Assembly (NCBI GenBank): GCA_937998635.1
Contig: CALLDA010000223.1
Span: 1 to 27,602 of the forward strand
DNA from: an uncultured Pseudomonadales bacterium
GTDB lineage: Bacteria; Pseudomonadota; Gammaproteobacteria; Pseudomonadales; Porticoccaceae
Reading direction: 5' to 3'
DNA length: 27,602 nt
Shown here piece by piece: positions 1 through 9,207 of this stretch. A model generated the notes under the pieces. It searched no databases. It was not told the origin of the DNA and saw nothing but the letters and a program-made list of their open reading frames with translations. The translations under genes and the position numbers were made by a program. Position 1 is the first letter of the stretch. Every line of letters starts with the position of its first letter.

Positions 1-254
1 CGGCAGCGCTGCCGATCTGGATGGACTACATGGCCACAGCCTTAGCAGGCAAGAAGCAACGCTTTCATCCGCAACCCGAAGGTTTGGTATCCGTAAAAAT
101 TGATCCCGCTAGTGGTTTAAGAGCGACTGCCAACACACAAAACACGACTTTTGAATTATTTCGCGAAGAAAATATCCCTATCGAGGTTAATCAAACTGGA
201 TCATCAAGCGCTTACGGGAGCCACCCCGCCCCCATGCCTGAAGATATTTTTTAG
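1..254 (+). CDS. mrcA: Penicillin-binding protein 1A, C-terminal fragment (5' part outside window)
   Basis: The frame is open from position 3 and reads AALPIWMDYMATAL...QPEGLVSVKIDPASGL...FELF, the typical tail of class A PBP1A after the transpeptidase domain. mrcA lies next to nudE in enterobacteria. Confidence 0.8.
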   Translation, partial: AALPIWMDYMATALAGKKQRFHPQPEGLVSVKIDPASGLRATANTQNTTFELFREENIPIEVNQTGSSSAYGSHPAPMPEDIF

Positions 255-299
255 AGTGTGATAGTGTCCAGTTTTAAACCCGTCTAAGCCTATTGACTG

Positions 300-1130
300 T
301 CATCCGACTAACAACTCATCCCAGGCAAAGGCCTGATCGGCAAGCACATAAAAATGCGGATTGAGCAAGTCGTCCTTGGTGTTATAACGCATCGGCTTTA
401 AATCAATATCGAGCACAACGCCACCGGCGGCTTCTACCACGGCCTGCGCTGCTGCAGTATCCCATTCCATTGTAGGTGCCAATCGGGGATAAATATCCGC
501 CTCACCCTCAGCGACAAGACATAACTTAAGCGAACTACCCATATTACAGGTTTCCACAGCGCCCAGCTGGCTGCCAAGTCTCTCTAATAGCGAGTCCACC
601 GCGCCCGCACCGTGACGTCTACTGGCCACTACTTCAACGGGGCTATAGGCTCCACCACGATCGGCCATAGAGCGCACGGCGATCGCCCTTCTTGGGCCAT
701 TTCCTTCCTGCTTAAAAGCACCTTGTCCGCCAAGACCTGCATAGGTAACACCTGTCACTGGCACATGGACAACACCGAGCACGGGCACACAGTTTTCGAT
801 AAGCGCGACGTTGACTGTGAACTCACCGTTGCGGCTAATAAATTCTTTAGTGCCATCGAGTGGATCAATAATCCAGTATTTCTGCCACTGACTCCGAGTG
901 GCAAAATCGGGAATGTCTGACTCCTCAGACAATACTGGCACACCATCAAATATGACTTCGAGACCGGCCTGGAGGACATGGTGAGCAGCTAGATCAGCAG
1001 CCGTTACCGGCGAATCATCCTCCTTTTGCACAATGTTAAAATCATCGCTGCCATAGACTTCGAGAATTGCCTCACCAGCCTTTACTGCTAAGGCAATAAC
1101 ATCGTCCAATATATTAGAATCCACACTCAC
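300..1130 (-). CDS. cysQ: 3'(2'),5'-bisphosphate nucleotidase CysQ (inositol monophosphatase family)
   Basis: Motifs K-x-D-D-S-P-V-T-x-A-D, VLSEE, WIIDPLDGTKEFI, GSSLK and WDTAAAQAV. The real start may be the second GTG at 1124, since AGGGAG (1135-1130) lies 5 nt upstream of it. Confidence 0.95.
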   Translation of the reverse strand: MSVDSNILDDVIALAVKAGEAILEVYGSDDFNIVQKEDDSPVTAADLAAHHVLQAGLEVIFDGVPVLSEESDIPDFATRSQWQKYWIIDPLDGTKEFISRNGEFTVNVALIENCVPVLGVVHVPVTGVTYAGLGGQGAFKQEGNGPRRAIAVRSMADRGGAYSPVEVVASRRHGAGAVDSLLERLGSQLGAVETCNMGSSLKLCLVAEGEADIYPRLAPTMEWDTAAAQAVVEAAGGVVLDIDLKPMRYNTKDDLLNPHFYVLADQAFAWDELLVG

Positions 1131-1141
1131 TCCCTATCGAT

Positions 1142-1172
1142 ATTATAAAAACTTAACAATAATACTAAGCAA
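1142..1172 (-). promoter_or_regulatory. Candidate sigma70 promoter of cysQ
   Basis: Perfect TATAAT on the minus strand (1147-1142). TTGCTT (1172-1167) lies 19 nt upstream, a suboptimal spacing. The SD follows directly. Confidence 0.35.
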
Positions 1173-1194
1173 GAATTTGCTTAGTCGCTTTTTT
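1164..1194. terminator. 9-bp inverted repeat: possible bidirectional terminator or operator
   Basis: ACTAAGCAA-GAAT-TTGCTTAGT (1164-1185). It is followed by T6 on the plus strand (1189-1194) and by AUUAUUGUU on the minus strand. Confidence 0.4.
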
Positions 1195-1211
1195 ACCTGA
1201 AGAGCTGAGCC

Positions 1212-1322
1212 CCTAAAGGCTTATTCCCCACATTCAAGGTTTTGGCCTCAAGGGTTTTTTGCTGGCCTGAAAGGGCTTTCTGATCTCATGGGATTTTCCT
1301 GCTCTTAAGGGGCTTTTCTGTT
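1212..1322. repeat. Degenerate ~19-bp tandem repeat array (about 5 units)
   Basis: Minus-strand units: aacagaaaagccccttaag (1322-1304), agcaggaaaatcccatgag (1303-1285), atcagaaagccctttcagg (1284-1266), cagcaaaaaacccttgagg (1264-1246), tggggaataagcctttagg (1230-1212). Confidence 0.5.
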
Positions 1323-1859
1323 CTCAAGATAGTCCCTGACCAAAAAAAGCGCGGCAATAGTAACGCCATCACTTAGATCTTCTCTACCGAGCAATTCTGG
1401 CAGCTCACTCAAGGACCATTCCATTTTCGCTAAGGGCTCAGGTTCGTCACCAGGCAAAGAAGCTTCGTAGAGATCTTCGGCAAAAACAATATCGATAGAG
1501 CGCTCCATGTAAGAAGGACTCATATGAATATTCTTCAAGTAAAGTAGCGAGCGCGCCCCTACCCCAGCCTCTTCCATTAACTCTCGATTCGCCGCCTCAA
1601 TCTGAGTTTCTCCGGGGTCAATAGCACCCTTGGGCACACCCCATTGATAACCGTTAATACCAGCGCCATATTCCTGTACCAAAATAACCTTGCCCTCACG
1701 GGTAACAGGAACAATGGCAACAGCGCCATACCCTGATGATGCCAGCCGCTCATAGGTACGCTCGACACCGTTGGAAAACCTCAGATCCAGCTGCTCGACC
1801 TGAAACAGGCGGGTCTGAGCCACCCGATGGCGCTTCAAAATAGTGGGTTTAATCGGCAT
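1305..1859 (-). CDS. nudE: ADP compounds hydrolase NudE (Nudix family)
   Basis: Nudix box GAIDPGETQIEAANRELMEEAGV. N-terminal LFQVEQLDLRFSNGVERTYERL is characteristic of NudE. Divergent from yrfG. Confidence 0.95.
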   Translation of the reverse strand: MPIKPTILKRHRVAQTRLFQVEQLDLRFSNGVERTYERLASSGYGAVAIVPVTREGKVILVQEYGAGINGYQWGVPKGAIDPGETQIEAANRELMEEAGVGARSLLYLKNIHMSPSYMERSIDIVFAEDLYEASLPGDEPEPLAKMEWSLSELPELLGREDLSDGVTIAALFLVRDYLENRKAP

Positions 1860-1900
1860 ACTTCGAGGTTCAAATTATGTGTAATAGGGCATTATCCGCC

Positions 1901-2557
1901 ATGATCGACTGGAACACCATCGACACCGTATTGCTCGACATGGATGGCACCCTCCTGGATTTGCATTTTGACAACCAATTTTGGCAGCATTTTCTACCGG
2001 CCCGCTATGCAGAACATCACCGGATCGAACCGGATCAAGCTCTCGACGAGCTCTATCGACGCTTTGATGAGAAACGGGACACTATCGAGTGGTACTGTAC
2101 CGATTACTGGTCTGAACAATTAGCCATGGATATCCCCGCGCTAAAAAGAGAGCTCCAGCATCTTATCGCTGAACGGCCATACGTGACCGAGTTCTTAAGC
2201 CACCTTGGCGCAAATACCACGCAACGAATACTCATTACCAACGCCCATCGTCACAGTCTCGATATAAAACTGGAGATCACCGGTATCGGCGAGCATTTTG
2301 ACGCGATTATTTCCTCCCACGATTATGGCGCTCCCAAGGAGCACGACACGTTCTGGTTACGACTACAACAAGAGATCATCTTCGAGCCAGCGCGAACCTT
2401 GTTTATTGATGATACCGAGAGCATGCTCACGGCCGCACAAAATCATGGCATCGGCCATCTTCTATGCATTCGCCAACCGGATAGCAGCAAAGCCCCGAGA
2501 ACCGACCTGACTTTCCCGGCCATTGATTGCTTTGGCGATTTATTGCCAAAAGCCTAA
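1901..2557 (+). CDS. yrfG: GMP/IMP nucleotidase YrfG (HAD superfamily)
   Basis: IDWNTIDTVLLDMDGTLLDLHFDNQFW (HAD motif I), ITNAH, PKE and LFIDD. The likely start is the ATG at 1901 (ORF open from 1877). Confidence 0.93.
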   Translation: MIDWNTIDTVLLDMDGTLLDLHFDNQFWQHFLPARYAEHHRIEPDQALDELYRRFDEKRDTIEWYCTDYWSEQLAMDIPALKRELQHLIAERPYVTEFLSHLGANTTQRILITNAHRHSLDIKLEITGIGEHFDAIISSHDYGAPKEHDTFWLRLQQEIIFEPARTLFIDDTESMLTAAQNHGIGHLLCIRQPDSSKAPRTDLTFPAIDCFGDLLPKA

Positions 2558-2623
2558 ATGTATTACCCCGTTCTGGAACCATTCAAATGATGAACACCCG
2601 CGCAACAGCACACACATAAAACA

Positions 2624-3010
2624 ATGGAAAAAACCCGTATAGACAAATGGCTCTGGGCAGCCCGTTTTTTCCGCACCCGGGCGCTGGCAAAAAAAGCTAT
2701 CGAAGGTGGCAAGATCCGTATTGATGGTCAGCGAGTCAAACCCAGCAAAGATATAAAAATTGGCGAAACCCTCATCATCCGCCAGGGCTGGGACGAAAAA
2801 GAGATTCTGGTGGAAGAATTGTCAGATCAACGTCGCGGCGCGCCCGAGGCGGCCAGGCTTTATACTGAAACCCAGGGTAGCCTGGCTCGACGGGAGCAAA
2901 GCGCTGCTGAAAGAAAAGCAGCCCATGGGGGTCATCTAGCCAGCGACCACAAACCCAGTAAAAAAGAACGTCGGCAAATACATCAGTTTCGAGACCTGGA
3001 CAAGCTGTAA
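2624..3010 (+). CDS. hslR: Ribosome-associated heat shock protein Hsp15 (S4 domain)
   Basis: RIDKWLWAARFFRTRALA, S4 domain, and C-terminal KPSKKERRQI. Confidence 0.96.
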   Translation: MEKTRIDKWLWAARFFRTRALAKKAIEGGKIRIDGQRVKPSKDIKIGETLIIRQGWDEKEILVEELSDQRRGAPEAARLYTETQGSLARREQSAAERKAAHGGHLASDHKPSKKERRQIHQFRDLDKL

Positions 3011-3158
3011 GCACTAGGGCTTTTCCGGCCTTTACTACTAGCAGTGCTTCGCGGTTCAACTAGACCGTTTCATCTAATCGGTCTTGACTAGACAGCAGCG
3101 CGCATCTTCCGTACATTCCCGCAGCCTCGAATTTAGGTATTCAATCGATGGTCAGTCA

Positions 3159-4064
3159 ATGACAAAGCCAGAAAATGATTTACGACAACGCTTTATTTTC
3201 GATAATAGCGATATTCGCGGCGAGATATTATCGCTTCAGGGAAGTTACCAAACCATTCTTGGCCAGACCAATTATCCGCCAGCTATTGCCCACCTGCTCG
3301 GTGAATTCCTGGCCGGTGCCTGCTTGCTCAGCGCGACTTTGAAATTTGACGGCATTATCTCTTTACAAGCCTCAGGTACTGGCCCCTTGAGCATGATCAT
3401 GGCTGACTGCACACATCACCACGACATACGTGCCATCGCCCATTACCAGAGCGAGTTGTTCGAAAACCCTGACAGCTCTCTAAATCAAATCCCTTATCAA
3501 TTGCATGAATTACTGGGTAAAAATGCCACCTTAGCAGTAACCATAGATCCTACAAAAGGTGAGCGCTATCAAGGCATTATTCCCGTCGAGGGTAATACCT
3601 TAAGCGACTGCCTGACAAATTATTTCAATCAGTCAGAGCAATTACCTACCAGGATTTGGCTGCAAGCCGATAAGCGTCGGGTTGGCGCACTCTTACTTCA
3701 GGCCCTCCCCACCGAATTGCAAAGCCCGGAGGAGAAACAGCAACACTGGCATCATCTGAGCCTTCTGGCACAGACCTTAAGCCCTGCCGAGCAACTCCAA
3801 CTCAGTCACGCCGAGCAGTTGCATCGCCTCTTCCACGAAGAATCGCTGCGCCTTTTTCCGCCCTCTGATATCCGCTTTGCATGCAGCTGCTCAGCCGAGC
3901 GAACAGCCACTATGCTACGAGCCTTTGGGCAGCAGGAAGTCACGGCGATGCTTGAGGATACAGATCCCATAGAAGTGAGCTGTCAATTCTGCCACCGGCT
4001 TTACCGCTTTGACGAAGATGAAATAAAGAGACTGTTTAGTCACAAATCCCCTACCCTGCATTAA
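3159..4064 (+). CDS. hslO: Redox-regulated chaperone Hsp33
   Basis: D-x-R-Q-R-F-I-F...IRGE start, ATLKFDG, YFNQSEQLPT, and Zn-binding CSC...CQFC. The likely start is the ATG at 3159 (ORF open from 3084). Confidence 0.96.
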   Translation: MTKPENDLRQRFIFDNSDIRGEILSLQGSYQTILGQTNYPPAIAHLLGEFLAGACLLSATLKFDGIISLQASGTGPLSMIMADCTHHHDIRAIAHYQSELFENPDSSLNQIPYQLHELLGKNATLAVTIDPTKGERYQGIIPVEGNTLSDCLTNYFNQSEQLPTRIWLQADKRRVGALLLQALPTELQSPEEKQQHWHHLSLLAQTLSPAEQLQLSHAEQLHRLFHEESLRLFPPSDIRFACSCSAERTATMLRAFGQQEVTAMLEDTDPIEVSCQFCHRLYRFDEDEIKRLFSHKSPTLH

Positions 4065-4080
4065 CAACCTTTATGCCGAC

Positions 4081-4116
4081 AGCGCCGTCCCAGGGTTCGC
4101 GGCGCTACTCTTTTCT
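4081..4116 (+). terminator. Possible weak intrinsic terminator after hslO
   Basis: Stem AGCGCCG (4081-4087) / CGGCGCT (4100-4106) with a 12-nt loop, followed by ACTCTTTTCT. Confidence 0.35.
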
Positions 4117-4200
4117 GGCATAATCAGCGGCCTTTTTTAGCCAGCCAATTTCAACCAGCCAGGTATTCACAGCGCTGGATCGCACATAGGACGATCTTTG

Positions 4201-5757
4201 ATGACCCAAAACGAAAATTCTGCAGCAAACGTCTATCAGGACCTCTGCTCTGCCGAGCTTATCGAACAAGCCCTCCAACGTGGAGAAGGGGTACTCACAG
4301 ACACTGGTGCCCTGCGCACTGAAACTGGTATGCACACGGGCCGCTCACCTGCAGATCGATTTGTTGTCGAAGAACCCAGCACTAGCGATGCGATCAATTG
4401 GGGGCCAGTAAACCGTCCATTTTCAGCTGAAAAATTTGATGCCTTATGGGAACGAGTCAAAGCGTATATGGCGGACCGTGATCAGTTTATTTCCCACCTG
4501 CATATTGGTCAGGACAGCGAACATTACATACCCGCAAAAGTTACCACCGAAACCGCCTGGCATAACCTTTTCGCACGCAACATGTTTATTCGCACGAGCA
4601 AATACAATCCCTCTGGAAAAGAGCAATGGCGCATTCTCCATGCAGCCAACTTCGTCTGTGAACCTGAGCGTGACGGCACCAACAGCAGTGGCGTAGTCAT
4701 CATTAATTTTGCCAAGCGTCAGGTGCTTCTCGCCGGAATGAAATATGCGGGCGAGATGAAAAAGAGCATGTTCTCGGTGCAAAACTTCCTGCTCCCCGAA
4801 AAAGATGTTATGCCCATGCACTGCGCGGCAAATGTTGGCAAGGATGGCGACGTCGCTTTATTTTTTGGTCTGTCTGGTACTGGCAAAACCACCTTATCTG
4901 CTGACCCCAACCGCTACCTGATTGGTGACGATGAACATGGCTGGGCCAAGGGCGCTGTCTTTAACATCGAAGGCGGTTGCTACGCCAAAACCATTGACCT
5001 GAGCCGCAAAAATGAGCCAGTGATTTGGGACGCTATCCGTTTTGGGGCGATCATTGAAAATGTCGCACTTAACGCTAGCCGCCAGGCCGATTATGCTGAC
5101 ACGACCTTAACCGAAAACGGTCGTTGCAGCTATCCCCTTGATCTTATCGAAATGCGTTCGGAAAAAAACCGTGCTGGCGAGCCGGCTAATATTATCTTTC
5201 TGACCTGCGATGTCACGGGCGTACTACCCCCCGTTTCTATTCTATCCAAAGAAGCCGCTGCCTATCATTTTCTGAGTGGTTATACAGCCCGGGTTGGTTC
5301 GACCGAACTCGGCGGCGAAGCAGGTATCAATCCGACTTTTTCAACCTGTTTCGGGGCGCCCTTTATGCCGCGGCCTGCTGGCGTTTACGCCGAACTATTG
5401 ATGAAGCGCATCAACGATTTTGGCAGCCAGGTCTATCTCGTCAATACCGGCTGGACCGGTGGCTCGGGTGGCACTGGAACCGGACAACGTTTCCCTATCC
5501 CGGTAACCAGAGCCATCGTCGCCGCCATACAAAGTGGCGCACTGGCAAACACCACAACAGCGACTGTGCCCATGCTTAACCTCGATATCCCCCTCAAAGT
5601 TCCCGGGGTAGAGGATCACTATCTGAATCCAAAAACAGCCTGGAATGATCCTCAGGCTTACGACCTACAAGCGACTAAATTGGCCGGTTTGTTTGTGGAA
5701 AACTTCACTCGATTTGACGTGTCTAAAAATATCGTCGAAGCTGGGCCGTCGCTGTAG
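4201..5757 (+). CDS. pckA: Phosphoenolpyruvate carboxykinase (ATP)
   Basis: TGRSP, YAGEMKK, MHCAAN, Walker [29 protein letters not shown] and FSTCFGAPF. Start is ATG 4201 or TTG 4198, with AGGA at 4188-4191. Confidence 0.98.
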   Translation: MTQNENSAANVYQDLCSAELIEQALQRGEGVLTDTGALRTETGMHTGRSPADRFVVEEPSTSDAINWGPVNRPFSAEKFDALWERVKAYMADRDQFISHLHIGQDSEHYIPAKVTTETAWHNLFARNMFIRTSKYNPSGKEQWRILHAANFVCEPERDGTNSSGVVIINFAKRQVLLAGMKYAGEMKKSMFSVQNFLLPEKDVMPMHCAANVGKDGDVALFFGLSGTGKTTLSADPNRYLIGDDEHGWAKGAVFNIEGGCYAKTIDLSRKNEPVIWDAIRFGAIIENVALNASRQADYADTTLTENGRCSYPLDLIEMRSEKNRAGEPANIIFLTCDVTGVLPPVSILSKEAAAYHFLSGYTARVGSTELGGEAGINPTFSTCFGAPFMPRPAGVYAELLMKRINDFGSQVYLVNTGWTGGSGGTGTGQRFPIPVTRAIVAAIQSGALANTTTATVPMLNLDIPLKVPGVEDHYLNPKTAWNDPQAYDLQATKLAGLFVENFTRFDVSKNIVEAGPSL

Positions 5758-5816
5758 GCAGGCATCCCGCCTCACACAAAAGCCACTAAACTACTGTGAC
5801 CGACACCATCCTCGGT

Positions 5817-7055
5817 TTATTTTGCCGGGGCGACCATTAGCTCTTCGTCCAGACCAAGACTTGCTAATAACCCCCGCTTGAATAGCTGTACGCTTTGCTG
5901 CTCCTCTCCAAGCTGAATCAGGACAGTGGCAAGTTCGGCACAGGTTTCGGGTCGGTTATCTAGTGTCAGTGATGCCTCCAGATAATCCCGCCCTTTACCC
6001 CATAACTTGTTACGTTTGCACAGTCGGCCTAAAGCTAGCAATAAGGCTGCATTATCGGGCTGATGTCGCAACCAGCTCTCTGCGGAGATAAGTTGCTTTA
6101 CAGGATCATTAGTAAGCAGATTGCCGTACTGCAGAGCCAGACCGTTGTCCCAGTTTTTGCTAATCGCCTTACGCAATACTGACTCCGCCGCATCCAGCTC
6201 ACCACTTGCTGCCAGTGCCCTAACGTATTCACCCACTACCTCGGCGACCGCTTTGACCGGCTTCTGGGTCCGCGACCACAGCTGTTCGAGTTCTTTCAGC
6301 ATTTCAGCACTGCTCAGCTGACTTTGACTCAACTGCTGTAACTGCGCAGAACGGATGCGTACCTGACAGTCCAGCGCTGCCTGCTTATGGAGAACTTTAC
6401 TCCGCTCTAAATCTGGCAATAACCTTTCAAGCTTATCCCACGCCCCAGTCTCACTGTATGCCTCTGCCAATAATCCAAGAACAAAAGGATGATGGGTGTC
6501 TTGCGCCTGCAGGCCAACAAGCTGGGTCACTGCCTCCTGGTAACGCTTCGCTTCCACTAGAATACGCGCCCGAGTCACGCTAACAGTAAATATATTATCC
6601 GTATCGCATTGCTCTGCCAGCTTTAAGGTCGCCAAAGCTTCTTCTATCTCGCCTTTTTCTGCTGCCGCATTAGCGGCCGCGATATAACTGATTAAACCGG
6701 TCGAATCATCTAACTTATCGGCAGTTTTCAGTAAGTCGCGCCGGGCCACATCCCAACGACCTTCTGCTAAGGCCAATAAACCTTGATTATTTTGCTGACG
6801 CCACCGTGCATGGCGACGCCTTTGACGACCCGCGAGCATTGTCATACCCGGCACCAGCAAGGCTCGTAAGGTGCTGTAGAGAAGGCGTAAAACCACGACG
6901 CCGACAACCAACATAATCAGCGCAACCCAAAGACTGAATTGCACCACGTAATGTTGTGTTGAAATTAATACACTTCCATCATTATTTTCCACCAGCCAAA
7001 ACAGCAAACCACCTATGACAAGTATTATTACCAGGAAAAAAACAATTCGCTTCAT
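5817..7055 (-). CDS. hemY: HemY-family membrane/TPR protein (heme biosynthesis-associated, HemY_N)
   Basis: Two N-terminal TM segments (ENNDGSVLIS...), GLLALAEGRW, TPR-like C-terminus with LLLALGRLCKRNKLWGKGRDYLEASL. Lies downstream of hemX with a 4-nt overlap. Confidence 0.9.
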   Translation of the reverse strand: MKRIVFFLVIILVIGGLLFWLVENNDGSVLISTQHYVVQFSLWVALIMLVVGVVVLRLLYSTLRALLVPGMTMLAGRQRRRHARWRQQNNQGLLALAEGRWDVARRDLLKTADKLDDSTGLISYIAAANAAAEKGEIEEALATLKLAEQCDTDNIFTVSVTRARILVEAKRYQEAVTQLVGLQAQDTHHPFVLGLLAEAYSETGAWDKLERLLPDLERSKVLHKQAALDCQVRIRSAQLQQLSQSQLSSAEMLKELEQLWSRTQKPVKAVAEVVGEYVRALAASGELDAAESVLRKAISKNWDNGLALQYGNLLTNDPVKQLISAESWLRHQPDNAALLLALGRLCKRNKLWGKGRDYLEASLTLDNRPETCAELATVLIQLGEEQQSVQLFKRGLLASLGLDEELMVAPAK

Positions 7056-8263
7056 GGCTGTGCTCCGCCAATATCTAAGTCACGCGATGAGGTCGCTTGC
7101 AGTTGCCGAAGCGCTTCGATAGATGAGTTGATATCAGGTAAGTCCTGTTTAACGTTCACCTCACGGAGCGCCTCGACCTCAGCCATCACAGTAAGTACCT
7201 CGTGGGAACCCTTGAAGTAACGCTGCAGATGGTTACCAATAGTTGAGAGGCTGGCCTGGTATATCTGTTGTTCATCACGCAACAGGGCTTGCTGGGCAGT
7301 AGAAATATTGACCGCCATATCGTGGCGCAGCCATTGCTCCTGATCGGTAGAAATAAGTGGCTCTACGGGCATATCTCGATAGCGAACGTGGAAATGATCT
7401 CGACCAAAACGTGAAAAAGCCGATTTTGCATTCAACCAAAGCTGATCGTACCAGGTGCCCGTGGGGGCTATATCCTCCGTCGTGATCGACCCAGCCGTTT
7501 TGTCGCCACCGTTCGCCAAGTTTTTATTAGCACTGTCAGCACCGGCGTTAACTGTCGACGCGGTAGCCAACTCGCTTAAATCTTCGGATGGTAAAGCGGC
7601 CAGCCCAAGCACAGCAGGCGTCAGTGCGCCTAGACGAGAATAGATACCCTCCCGATCAACGGTCTCTACCAAACGAAGCGCGGTGATATCCCTGGCTAAC
7701 ACACCACGGACAGACAAGGCGCCTGCATCATCCAGTGAAGCGAGCAGCTTATCGGCAGCCTCAAGCAAAGCCAATGCACCTTGCGGGCGGCGTTCAGTCA
7801 ACAAACGTTGGTTGGCCAGGCGGACAAGGTATTCGAGTTCAGCATAAGTCCACTGATCACGATCAAGGCTGCTCAGCTCAGCGATAACTCTGGCCTGAGC
7901 ACTCAGAGCTAGCTCGGTATCAGCTATCTGCGCTGCAAACTCTGCCTCTTTTCTCTCGCGTGCGGTCTTTTCAGCCTTCAGCCGTTCGTTAATGGTCGCC
8001 ACCTGAGCCGCTTGCTGTTCATCATATTGACTAACGCTGTCGACACGCTGATAGAGTTGAAACCCATACCAGGCAACAGCACCAAGCAATGCCAATAATA
8101 ATATGATCAGCAACAGAGCAAACCATCGCCAACCTGCTCCAGTACTTTTTTTTCCTGCTACCTGCCGATCGCCAGTTCCACCGATTGCCGAAGTAGCGTT
8201 ACTGCCCACCTCTGTCGCATTATCTGTCTTATCTACCAATTCACCTTCAGAATTACTCGCCAC
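7052..8263 (-). CDS. hemX: HemX-family membrane-anchored protein (annotated uroporphyrinogen-III C-methyltransferase)
   Basis: Single TM segment, coiled coil, W-T-Y-A-E-L-E-Y-L-V-R-L-A-N-Q-R-L, and ALALLEAAD. GTG start with AAAGGA 7 nt upstream. Located after hemC-hemD. Confidence 0.9.
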   Translation of the reverse strand: MASNSEGELVDKTDNATEVGSNATSAIGGTGDRQVAGKKSTGAGWRWFALLLIILLLALLGAVAWYGFQLYQRVDSVSQYDEQQAAQVATINERLKAEKTARERKEAEFAAQIADTELALSAQARVIAELSSLDRDQWTYAELEYLVRLANQRLLTERRPQGALALLEAADKLLASLDDAGALSVRGVLARDITALRLVETVDREGIYSRLGALTPAVLGLAALPSEDLSELATASTVNAGADSANKNLANGGDKTAGSITTEDIAPTGTWYDQLWLNAKSAFSRFGRDHFHVRYRDMPVEPLISTDQEQWLRHDMAVNISTAQQALLRDEQQIYQASLSTIGNHLQRYFKGSHEVLTVMAEVEALREVNVKQDLPDINSSIEALRQLQATSSRDLDIGGAQP

Positions 8264-8385
8264 CTTGCCATCCTTTCTAATTAGTCACTGCGATTAATAA
8301 GCACTATTGCACATATCACGAAACACACGCCCTGAGCTGTCATTTGTTGGCTTATTAAAGCTGTTTATATTCGAGCTGCCTGCGT

Positions 8386-9168
8386 TCAAATTGTTTGTGT
8401 TCGAGTGTACCAGCCTGAAAGAGCACTCTCTATATCTTTGGCCAGCGCACTGGCTGCAACAATCACCTCCCTGAAGCCGACCTTTCGAGCATATTCCTGC
8501 AAACGAAACCCTGGGACGATAAGCGGTGATGCGAGTATCCTTTGCTGGTGTTCAGCACCACAAATTGCCATTAGCGCTTCTAGAACACCGCCACTATGCG
8601 CCACCAGAACACAAGGCTGTGCCACAGCTAATAACTCAATAATTTGGTTTTTGAAAGTACTATCTTGCTGGCGCTGGTATAGCTCGCAATACTCCACGAA
8701 AGCTCCCCGCCGAACCAATCCCTCTCTGAGTGTCGGCAACCCACCTTGGCCACGAAAAATTATAATATTCTCACCCCGAATCTGGTTCATTACAGACAGG
8801 GCTAAAAGGCCTTCACTACTCCACTGGCGAGCTGGAAATCCGACTTCGACTTGCCTGCTCTCCAGTAACGCGGCTGTGGTCGGACCGATGGCAAAACACT
8901 GGTCTTTAGATCTAAAACTTAGGGCATGGCGATCCATCCAGTGCAAAGCCAAGGACGCTGCGTACCGGCTCACAAATATGGCTTTTTGGTAGCTACCAAT
9001 GCGTTCTATCTGTGCATTTATCAGCACATTATCGTCCGATAACGCCTCTATTTTTTGCACGGGCAATTGATGTACTCGCCCCCCACGAGCTGATATCGAG
9101 GCTGTTAGCGGATCGTCCGCCCGGGGAGATCTTAAAACTATGACCCTGAGATGCTCGAGTTCACTCAT
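8386..9168 (-). CDS. hemD: Uroporphyrinogen-III synthase
   Basis: IFVSRYA, FAIGPTTA, WSSEGLL, IFRGQGG and ELYQR motifs. Directly downstream of hemC. Confidence 0.92.
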   Translation of the reverse strand: MSELEHLRVIVLRSPRADDPLTASISARGGRVHQLPVQKIEALSDDNVLINAQIERIGSYQKAIFVSRYAASLALHWMDRHALSFRSKDQCFAIGPTTAALLESRQVEVGFPARQWSSEGLLALSVMNQIRGENIIIFRGQGGLPTLREGLVRRGAFVEYCELYQRQQDSTFKNQIIELLAVAQPCVLVAHSGGVLEALMAICGAEHQQRILASPLIVPGFRLQEYARKVGFREVIVAASALAKDIESALSGWYTRTQTI

Positions 9169-9207
9169 GTGCGCTGTGGTTCTGAGGGCTCTAGTTCTAA
9201 CGAGCTT

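Noticed and set aside
3083-3107. Possible sigma32 promoter (CTTGAC...GCGCATCT) before hslO
   Set aside because: The spacer is only 11 nt, shorter than sigma32 promoters need.
8405-8992. 195-aa plus-strand ORF opposite hemD
   Set aside because: Fully antisense to hemD, with no RBS or domain that I can recognise.
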